This document shows positions 39,304 through 48,841 of a stretch of 64,000 nucleotides of DNA, one piece after another. Position 1 is the first letter of the stretch. Every line of letters begins with the position of its first letter. The translations under genes and the position numbers were made by a program. Source of the stretch: Lingula anatina (Eukaryota > Animalia > Brachiopoda); assembly GCA_051362555.1 (NCBI GenBank), contig CM120647.1:4340001-4404000 (forward strand), given 5' to 3'. The notes under the pieces were generated by a model. That model did not search any database and had not been told where the DNA came from. It worked only from the letters and a program-made list of their open reading frames with translations.

Positions 39304-40951
39304 CAGACTTGACATTTAATATGGAATATTTTTTTCAAAATAATTTTTCATCAGTTTTTTCCTATTTTGCTCACTGATAAATGAAAAAAAGGATTAAAAT
39401 CGTGTTTTAATAACTTTAAATTATCTCTTTGATGTCATTGTGACATCAGTTCATTAATGGAATTCGCCAGAGAAGCAAACAAAAACACATTGCCTACTCT
39501 ATGTCATACGACAACCATTAAAAGAGATATTTTGGATCTCCATATTTTACAAATTATCGTCTGTAAAAGGGTAATACGCTCCACAAAAGACTCTCATGTC
39601 AGTTGCTAGTCACAGCAATGGTCGTTGTAACGCCTGGCCTCTTCGTGGCTGTTGCCAGCGCTCTCAAGCGGCAAGGCATTTCTTGGGGGTAGGTTTTTAG
39701 AGTTCAATCTGGAATAGCATTCCAGGCAACGGTCTAAAATTGTCCAATCTGGTCCAGTTTTGTTGTAGGACATGTAGGCAGTTGATTGGTGAGTAATGGT
39801 CTACCGAAATATTGTCTATGTGGTTCAAATGTTGCGATTTTGATGAGCAGGGTAGCTGCTCATTCCCTTGGTTCTGTAAGTTATCTGCTATTAAAAGTGC
39901 TCTGTGTGAACCTGCAACCTCATCGTGCAACCTAGAATTGTTCCTAAGGTGCCCCCTATCAAATGATAGGCAAGTGGTTCCGAGATTATTCCTTTATTTG
40001 ATCTGGTTCAGGTTTTCGTCGATGACTACCATTGGTGTTTTGGCACCAATGTGGAATCTACTCCAAATACTGACGCTGTCAATCACCCTTGTCACTTTAG
40101 ACCCGGCATATGCTTCGTCGTAGGCCTCTTCTGGATATCTGTAAACTCTGTTTTGACTAATTGGGCGGTACAGGTGAAATCTGACCTCAATAAAGAAAAC
40201 CACGCAGTTTAATTGTTCTACCCAGAATCGTTCATGGGCCCCAATTCATTAGAGAAACAGACGACGATGTTTTGCTGTATACAGTGGGTACCTCGGAGGT
40301 CATTTGGTGTTCTTACCTGCTAAAACCAGTTTGGTGTTCGCTAAGGGCTTTAAAAAACGCATTTTAGTGGCAATTTACCCCTCGTTCTGATCGGACTAAG
40401 TGTTTTTTTGTTTAGTTGCAGCAGCGTATCCCGAAAGACCATGGGTCCTGTACCCTGTAGGTAAAATTGTGATACATTGGGGGTGACCTCTGTGTAGGTA
40501 CATTAGTCTGGGCATTACTCTATAAAACTGTGGGGACCGTTCCGTTTGGCGCTATGATCTGTCTGGTTATGTCTGTCTTTTTCGCGCCATTCTGCCGTAG
40601 ATTAACAAATGTGTAATGCACTACTTGACTCATCTTACGCACTGCAAAACTGACCGCTTGCATGCAAAATTTCAAATTCTTCTATGCTTTAGTTGCCGAA
40701 ATATGGATACTTTTTTTGACAGAACCAAGCTTTGATCAGCCCAAAGGAACACTACCCAATTAAATCACTGCACATTACATAGTGCAGCAGCGCAACAGGC
40801 ATGAAAGTCAGTTAATTGGTAGTGACACACCTGACTGCACACTTTTACATTCACAAATCTTATATGATATTGGAGTTTTTTTAAAAAAGAACGTATTATT
40901 ATCTAGGTATACCTTCGAAACTGAAATATTCCATATTAAATGTCAAGTCTG
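39304..40951 (-). mobile_element. Tc1-family transposon, full span, decayed transposase
   Basis: Perfect 28-bp TIR cagacttgacatttaatatggaatattt with TA flanks. Remnants FFIEVRFHLYRP..RVYRYPEEAY..SVSIWS..ENLN and SHRA..SKSQHLNHIDNI are degenerate Tc1 motifs. Confidence 0.9.
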
Positions 40952-41227
40952 TATGTTCAGTAGACTTTACAAAAATTATAAAATTCAAATTAAAAGAAAA
41001 ATATTGCTAATGGTTATAAGATGAAAGGATATAAAAAATGGATAAAAAAAATGGGTTTAAAACTATGACTAAGAACAGCTTTTCTTAAGGAGTGTTTTGT
41101 CAAGAATTTAGAGATAATATTGTTTAAAAAGGTGGGTTTACAATACAATTAGAGCTGTGCGCACGCTGCTATCAATAACCTACTTTTCAAAAACTGCGGG
41201 AAACAATGACAAGAATGCCAGCAGCAT

Positions 41228-41610
41228 ATGTGTCGGACACATCTGGCTCTTTTTTGTCGGACATATCTGGCCTGTCGGACACATCTGGCTCTTTTTTGTC
41301 GGACACATCTGGCCTGTCGGACACATCTGGCTCTTTTTTGTCGGACATATCTGGCCTGTCGGACACATCTGGCTCTTTTTTGTCGGACATATCTGGCCTG
41401 TCGGACACATCTGGCTCTTTTTTGTCGGACACATCTGGCCTGTCGGACACATCTGGCTCTTTTTTGTCGGACACATCTGGCCTGTCGGACACATCTGGCT
41501 CTTTTTTGTCGGACACATCTGGCCTGTCGGACACATCTGGCTCTTTTTTGTCGGACACATCTGGCCTGTCGGACACATCTGGCTCTTTTTTGTCGGACAT
41601 ATCTGGCCTT
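41228..41610. repeat. 42-bp (24+18) minisatellite, ~9 units, forming the expanded right TIR of the Ginger-like element
   Basis: Unit tgtcggacacatctggctcttttt + tgtcggacacatctggcc. A shorter inverted array is at 34967-35075. Confidence 0.95.
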
Positions 41611-42422
41611 CTCTGGTCGTAGGTCATATCTGGTCTGTCGGACATATCTGGCCGTCACAACATATACATATTTTATACCATTTAGTAAAATTTATAAGAG
41701 GTACCCCCTCAAATCGACTGTTTCACTGTGACTTCTACAGATGTACAGGAATGTCTATAAAATTGAAAAGACGCCATCATATTTCACCAAATTCACACAC
41801 AATTAGCATTAGGGTGTGCTCGTTAAAGGTCAGGTGACTGACAGCGTGTGCGTCTACCGCGTACTGCAATTATCTCCTGTAGACGGCGCGACAAGCTTTC
41901 AACAAGGGTTAAAATGCTGTTTTGTGGGATTATGTCCCATTCTTCATAAATAAGTTGGGGGAGTTGGTCAACAATTTACACCTGTGAGGTAATAATTTAT
42001 AAATAAAAGTACATGGAAATGGGGGTGGAACAACCTTTTTGGCCAATGTTGTATAAAGCACAAATATTTAGTTAACCATCGATCTATCGATCCCTTTTCC
42101 TAATAACTTGCTTTGCCAAGGTCAGAGGCGCCAGACACGCTGTTAAAATCATGGTTAAATTAAATTTTCTTTCTTTTCAATGAGAAAGCCGGCTTCAGTA
42201 CTTATCTCTTTATTGCAATGGATAGTCTGGGCATCGGGCAACAGTCCCCAAGGATGATTTTACCGTCGCAATGTTACGATTTCTTGAGATGGCGATACCA
42301 ATAATTGGCGGGTTATGGAGAACATTTATTTTTTTCTCCTAGTAAATTTTTTTCGCGAAAATCCTGTATTAGGTACAGCTCGATCTGTAAGTCGCCCCTG
42401 CATTAATCCTTGCAACCTTTAC

Positions 42423-42536
42423 CAGACCTACCCAACTACCAGTCTCGGCACCGAGATTTGAAAACGGGTGATGTGGTCCGATCTACTGGTGAATTCGGGA
42501 TCATTCGGTGCCGAGTCTGGTAGTTGGGTATGCCTG
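42423..42536. mobile_element. 114-bp minimal copy of the CAG-ended, 5-bp-TSD element family
   Basis: Same termini as 10137-12140; TTTAC duplicated at 42418-42422 and 42537-42541. Confidence 0.85.
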
Positions 42537-44210
42537 TTTACAAGCATCTTGCTTTCTTCCGTAAAATGCAACTGTAGTTTTTCAGTCAACCGCTAGTTTT
42601 GGTAATAGAGACTCATATGCCGTCTTGTGGTGTGGTAAACGTTTGTGCCATTCATATGCAGTTTTACTTAAGTAATACTTCTTAAAAGATGTATCCGTTT
42701 TAAATGCCCCACTCGTAGCTGTGGTCTCATAACATGCTGGTCCTAGCTACACTGTAAATGTGCATTAACAGTGAATTGATTTTAATGCATGTTATAAAAA
42801 CAACATATTGTACCTAGAGCAATTATATTTTCATAAGTGCCATTTATCCTTCAATGCCCCTAGGGTACTTTGACGACACATTCTCCCACACCTTTTACTT
42901 TTGCCTGCTGTGAATACCTTTTTATTTGGAGTTTTTGACCAATTGGACATAGTTGAAAAATGGCTGATAAACTGCTTTAATCTTTAATCATGTCAACATT
43001 TGTGACTTGCCCTTTCACATTTTGGTTAATTATAACGAATAGAACCATTTTACTGTTGGACTAAACTTTGCTAATTGCGAAGCTGGGCAGATTGGTCAAT
43101 TTGTCTCATTTTCTCTTTTTTGTGGTGACAATTTGTCTCTTTTTTGTGGTGATTAGCTAAACCACGCATCCCCAAAATCAAGTGTAAAAAGGAGTTTCTT
43201 TATCCCCCTCAGACCACGACATGCAAGTCGTTTAATGGGTGTGGGCTGCAGGTCAAACATAGGATGTAAGCAGCTTATAGCTTGTAATATCTCATGTGAC
43301 AGAATGCATGCTTGTTTCATAATTGCATCGTTTGAAAAATACACTTTTTGTGGTGATCGCATTTCTAGAACAAACGCGCGTCACAGCGTAAGCGGGAGTT
43401 AAAATAGAAAAGCACGTAAATCAATAGGTTGATGAAGATACATTTTAATACACATTATTTATGCACACTGACGGGTAATTGGTAAATGAACATAGCGCTA
43501 ATGATTGAAACATCGTGAATATCTTAAAATTCTCATTAAAATTATATCTTTAAAAATGCATCTTACAAACTTGAAAATCTGATTATATAATTACATTTAG
43601 ATAATACACCGAATCAAAAGAAATAAGACCAGTTATCATAAAATATCAGTAACGGAAATGACCAGGTAATTTGTGTTACATGTTAATGTAAACGGTTCTA
43701 AAAACAATTATATAAAATATAAAATGTTCATCAATAAAACGGTTATTTGAAACATTTATAAAATATGTATCGATGATATTGTTCTTTCAAACATTTTTCA
43801 TTTTTACAGAGACCAATCTCAAGGATAAAATGCATGTATATAATATCTATATTCGAATAATGACTATTTTTTTATAAATTAAATATTGTTATTTTTGTAA
43901 CATCTTCTTGTCGTCAAACCCACAGCTTCGCCGTTTTTTTACATTTCAGTAAATTTAAAGAAGCGTCAACCACAGTATTCAGATAAGTCACAAAAATTGA
44001 TTTTTTTCAATTGCAACAATGCAGCCTTACATTCAGACCAGCTTACACAGTCTCTAACCCTACACTTACAAAACTACATGTAAAAGCTGAATGAGGCTTT
44101 AAAGTAAAAACACGTCAAATTGGAAAGAAAAGGGATATTCTACAATTTAAACGAGATACTTCAGAAAATACACTTATCCTTTTTGAGTACATCAATAGTT
44201 GATATGTTTT

Positions 44211-47200
44211 CTATAATTGCGTTTCTTCCTGTTCATCTTCCTGTTCATGTTCATGTTCATCTCTTGTCTCTACCATTTGCCACTCTAATGCCGGTTGACT
44301 AGTGGACCCAACCCTTGCCGTAACAAAGAAACGCTCAACTTTTCTCCACAAATGCCATAAACAAATATGAATAATGGCACATACGATGGGCCGCATGTTA
44401 AGTATAACTAACTGCACCCACTGCGCAGCGTAATCAGACACTGGATTGTTCTTTAAGTGCAAGATACACAAGACCATAAACGGGAACCAGCGTATAGCAT
44501 CGGATAACGCAATTTCAAACAAGCAGCACATACTGCGATAATCGGTTAGGGATGACGGAGATCTCAGAGAATACAACAGATACATAAAAACTCCTGCGAA
44601 AGTAACTAAAGAAATTACAGACACTGATAGATATGTGATTTCAATCGTTAATGAATTATACTGTATTTCAGACATAAGACTGCTTAAAACGAAAGGATAA
44701 CATGTACCAGTATGGATGTGTACCTCCATGGACAAGGGAACACAAAATGATACTGACACGGTGACGACAAAAACTATACCAACGCATACTATGCGCTTTA
44801 ACAATTGCTCTTTTTCGATTCCAGCGGCCCGTAATATAATCGCCTGTATAGCAGCAAAACAAATTATAATAGGAACACAAACCTGAGGAAAAATGTAGAA
44901 AAACGACGCCACGTGACACGATTGGCTCCTGCGCCAGGATTCTGACACGCTGGAATAAGTATCTGTTATCCGCATACTGTTAACAAATATTATCATAACT
45001 GGTATAATCATTTGCATTTCAATAACATTCAATGCAACAGCAACTTCTTTCATCCGAAACAGTCCTTCGAATCTTAAATATGATTTTAGCAATCCTAACG
45101 ACGACACCACAGTAAGAAGACACATACCAAAACATAAGTACTTAATAACTTTTTCCATAAACATATCTGAACATGAAGCAAAGAAATCAACATGAGACTG
45201 ACATAAATTTGACTGATGAAACGTGCAGCAGATGCTGAACGAATCTGCAATTACAACGTTGACATCACTTGTTGCCTCGTCCTGTTTGACCTCCAACGGG
45301 TTTCCAGACAGATCAATCGCCCTCACTTTGTGCCAACCACAAAACAGCCAGGCATTAAATGCCTTGACAAAGTTTTTCGATATGTTTAAAAAGTCAACGG
45401 AGACGTTATAAAACGAACAGTTGTGCAAAACAAGCAGGAGACCAGCTGACAGATCAAGATGCTTCAAAGCGGGAAGATTGTGGAAACAATGCCGCGGAAC
45501 AGAAACTATTGGGTTGTTGCTTATGTTTAACACTTGAAGGGAAGTCATATTGGAAAAAGCACCACCACGGACAATGCTGATGTTGTTTTTTGAGAGATCT
45601 ATTCTGCGTAGATTTACAGTGTCTTGAAACATTATTTTATTAACTTCAATCAGTGAGTTGTTTGATAAGTCCAGATTTAACAGTTGCGTCCACTTATCTA
45701 AAGAGACCTCTGATATATGATTATCTTTTAAAACGAGACTCCTTACCATATCTCTTCCTATTATAAGAGGCACCTCAGTTAATCTACTCTGATTAAAATT
45801 TGGGGACCTCTTCAATACTGATCTAGGGCAAATAACCGAAAACCCTTCACAAAAGCACTCAGGTGGACACTGAAAACCATAGAATGTTTCATCATCTCGC
45901 AGTTTACACTGAGGAATTCCGTCCCGCACCTGACTCTGCGGTAAGCAATTATTCTGCCCCCGACATCTGTACATACCTGGGCAGGAGTAGCTGTAACAGG
46001 CGATTTCGTCACTGCCATCATGACAGTCTTTGAGCCCGTCGCAAACTGATCTGGCAGGTATGCAGTACGACGACGGGCATTGGTAGTATAAATCTTTGGG
46101 ACATGTAAACCCGTAACATAATGGTGACGGTTCAAGAAAAACAACTTCATCCATATTCCAGGGAACTGGGTTGATGAGAGACACGTTTTGTACAAGGTGC
46201 TTCCCAGTCCTGCATGTTGACAGGATGTCATACTTAGTTCTTTCGTAAAAGCAAGCCTTGTTCTTAGAAAAATCCTGAACATTTCTATATTTTTTACCTG
46301 ACGTAGGCTCACCGATGAAAACATATTTATCCTGATAAGAATATTTGTCGCAGTAATATTTGTCACAGTGCCCATTCAAAAAGCTATTAATCGATGGTTG
46401 TTGTAACGACAACTCGTCTTTCTCGTCTTCTTCATACGGCCCTGGGCAGTCTACCACGCCATCGTGTTTCTGTGAATTCGGAATGAATGTATCAGAAAGA
46501 CAAGAATAAAATTTCTTCTTGTAGGTATTTGCGCACTGTGCTTCATCAGAATCATCTTTACAGTGGGGTATCAAGTCGCATCTTTCGCTCATTTGAATGC
46601 ATTCTCCACTGCCACAACGGAATTGATCTGATTTGCAAAGCGGGTAGATACAACCTATTTCGTCTGAGTTGTCAGAGCAATCAATAACTTTGTCACAGAA
46701 TCGGGACAAATGAAGATTATGTCCGTTGTTACAACTCCAAAAATGCAGTGGATGACAGGTAACATTTTCGTCACTTCTGTCTAGGCAATCATTTCGTCCG
46801 TCACACCGAGAATCTATAGAAACACACGTGCCGTCTCCGCATTCAAACTGAAATTCAGAACAGGTAACATTTTTGGTCGTTTTCGATGACACTCGCCTCC
46901 GACTGCTTTCATTGGCGTGTCTTGGGTATTCACATATCACAGAGGCTGCATGGAATTCTCGCGGACAAGGAATCATGATCCAGTTGGACGAGTAGTGCGG
47001 ATTGGTGACAACCATAGCTGCACATGATATACCACGCTCATAACCAGGATGCCTAATGTTGAGAAGATTTGATCTCGACATGAATGCAAAGTCCTTGAAA
47101 ACATTTTTTGAATATTTAGCCGCGGTTCGGAAGCGTTCCTCTATAAAGTTTTTGTCATAGTCTGGATGGTACCAGTCTGAGAATACAAGTGGCGTGTTGT

Positions 47201-47219
47201 CTATCCAGCGAAGCACGTT
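44211..47219 (-). CDS. Terminal 3-kb exon of a GRL101/LGR-like receptor: partial C-type lectin domain, ~6 LDL-receptor class A repeats, LRRNT + ~7 LRRs, divergent 7TM
   Basis: 1001-aa ORF preceded by a phase-0 acceptor (tttttag|AAC at 47219). CTL-like WIDNTPLVFSDW..CAAM..WIMIPC..VICE; LDLa CDGRNDCLDRSDE, CDLIPHCKDDSDE, CDGLKDCHDGSDE; CPPECFC; LxxLDLSxNxL repeats; hinge SICC..SCSD; ECL1 WRRSQSC; seven hydrophobic segments. Upstream exons were not identified with confidence. Confidence 0.88.
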   Translation of the reverse strand, partial: NVLRWIDNTPLVFSDWYHPDYDKNFIEERFRTAAKYSKNVFKDFAFMSRSNLLNIRHPGYERGISCAAMVVTNPHYSSNWIMIPCPREFHAASVICEYPRHANESSRRRVSSKTTKNVTCSEFQFECGDGTCVSIDSRCDGRNDCLDRSDENVTCHPLHFWSCNNGHNLHLSRFCDKVIDCSDNSDEIGCIYPLCKSDQFRCGSGECIQMSERCDLIPHCKDDSDEAQCANTYKKKFYSCLSDTFIPNSQKHDGVVDCPGPYEEDEKDELSLQQPSINSFLNGHCDKYYCDKYSYQDKYVFIGEPTSGKKYRNVQDFSKNKACFYERTKYDILSTCRTGKHLVQNVSLINPVPWNMDEVVFLEPSPLCYGFTCPKDLYYQCPSSYCIPARSVCDGLKDCHDGSDEIACYSYSCPGMYRCRGQNNCLPQSQVRDGIPQCKLRDDETFYGFQCPPECFCEGFSVICPRSVLKRSPNFNQSRLTEVPLIIGRDMVRSLVLKDNHISEVSLDKWTQLLNLDLSNNSLIEVNKIMFQDTVNLRRIDLSKNNISIVRGGAFSNMTSLQVLNISNNPIVSVPRHCFHNLPALKHLDLSAGLLLVLHNCSFYNVSVDFLNISKNFVKAFNAWLFCGWHKVRAIDLSGNPLEVKQDEATSDVNVVIADSFSICCTFHQSNLCQSHVDFFASCSDMFMEKVIKYLCFGMCLLTVVSSLGLLKSYLRFEGLFRMKEVAVALNVIEMQMIIPVMIIFVNSMRITDTYSSVSESWRRSQSCHVASFFYIFPQVCVPIIICFAAIQAIILRAAGIEKEQLLKRIVCVGIVFVVTVSVSFCVPLSMEVHIHTGTCYPFVLSSLMSEIQYNSLTIEITYLSVSVISLVTFAGVFMYLLYSLRSPSSLTDYRSMCCLFEIALSDAIRWFPFMVLCILHLKNNPVSDYAAQWVQLVILNMRPIVCAIIHICLWHLWRKVERFFVTARVGSTSQPALEWQMVETRDEHEHEQEDEQEETQL

Positions 47220-47269
47220 CTAAAAACAGGTAACAGAAAAAGATAATACATATATACACGAGTACATGC

Positions 47270-48786
47270 AAATAGTTCAGAGTAATAATTTAGATCATAC
47301 AATTTTTAGATTTCGGAGATTAAACCAATATGAAGTGATGAAGAAACTCCAAAACCAATGTGTAGTTAATACTAGTGCAGTTGAAGATGACAGTCTTGAT
47401 AATTTAAGGTGATTACATTGAGAAAAATGTTATTTTTACTCATTTCAGTTGAGTTTTATAGTATCAAGGTAACTTTTTCCTATGGGATGCCTGAACTGGA
47501 AGAAGTGCAGATGGAAGAGGAGGAAGATGTTGAAGAAGAGGGAATTAAAGGATCCTGGTGATCCAACATGGGACCAAGACATGTCTTTAGAGTAAGCAGA
47601 ATTTTAATCAGCTTATATTCACTCATCTTATATTGGGCATTATAGGTGCATGGTTTCTCTTTTATCAATTATTTTTTTCCATATTGGCAACACGTATTGT
47701 AAATTTTGATTTGCTTTTTTAGACCTTAAGATTATGAGCAACTGCCAGTATGATTTCCTGAAGAGTTTTTTACATGTAAGAGGAACTCCATGGCTCTCCA
47801 CCAAGAGACGAGGAACTTTTCTTGAGGGTCCAAATCGGGGATGAGTTGGATAGTGAGAAATTTTTCCTGACTTTGGAGTGCTCATTACAGGATATATTCA
47901 GTGAACTCATCTTGCCACTGTGACAAAGCATAATCTGTTGACTTCAAGCCATCTAGCACTGGCATGTATGCTATAATGCAGACAGATTGGAAGTCAAGGT
48001 GGTCTTTCCTCCTAAACCTAAGTTATATGTCTCATATTGAGAAGAGACTATTTTGGTCCAGCTTTTACTTCTTAAATCTAAATGGCATCAACTGTATTAT
48101 GGAATATGGTACTGGTGGCATGTTGTGACTTCAACTTGATTTTAAACCAGTGTTTTGTCAGAATTTGTAAGATCACCGGTTGCAGAACTTTCTTTCAGCA
48201 TAAAATTCTGTATTTGGCACATGACTGTGTCATTTCTTTTAAGACCTACAAAAATGGTTTGAGTGCACACTTGTGCCTGTATTCAATTCTCCACTCAGCC
48301 ATAATTTAGAATTCATGCAGGGTAGCCATGCCTGTATTTTTAGGCCTTTCTATTTATTCCCTGCGCGTCTTGGAAAAGTATGTGTGAATATCTTACCTAT
48401 GAAACAATTTATCTTTGTGTAAGTCAGGTCATTCCCTTCTTATGACACATACCTTTGCACGGAAACTTTTGTGTCAGCTCACATGAGTAAACACACTGAC
48501 AGAGAGGGGGATAAGTTGTTGATCTGCAATGCTCATGGGTCTGCATGTACTTCAGACACTTAACATGATAGCCCGGCTGTTAATAAATGTCCCTCAAAAA
48601 TGTTACCATACTATAATGTGTACTGCACAATGTGAAAGTTTGTGAATGCTTGCATGGAAGGCTTATTTATGAAGAGAGCATTAATAAGTATGAAAATAAT
48701 TGTACATTTTAGCTTACAAAATCTGTATGTCTTATTCATTACGTGTGACAGGTTATAATAAAGATGATTTGGCCAAATTCTAAACT

Positions 48787-48841
<55 letters not shown>

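Larger units (their letters stand above)
34918..41659. mobile_element. Ginger-like non-autonomous element (TGT...ACA, 5-bp TSD ACATA) with minisatellite-bearing TIRs
   Basis: tgtgacggccagatgtgtccgacagaccagatatgacctacgaccagagaaggcc at 34918 is mirrored at 41659. ACATA occurs at 34913-34917 and 41660-41664. The family is inferred from the termini and TSD. Confidence 0.75.
34757..42051 (-). mobile_element. Tc1-derived ~550-bp non-autonomous element split by a 6.7-kb insertion
   Basis: ~85-bp TIRs caacattgg(t/c)caaaaaggttgt...catttccatgtacttttatt at 34757 and (inverted) ending at 42051, with TA flanks. The Tc1 C-terminus EEWDIIPQNSILTLVESLSRRLQEIIAVRG is on - at ~41947-41850. Confidence 0.8.

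Noticed and set aside
41149-41837. Six overlapping repetitive ORFs / CRISPR-like appearance
   Set aside because: This is a pure tandem 42-bp repeat with no unique spacers and no cas genes, in a eukaryotic context, and is explained as a TIR minisatellite.
45812-46375. 187-aa alternative-frame ORF overlapping the receptor
   Set aside because: It is a shadow frame of the LDLa region with no recognisable motifs.
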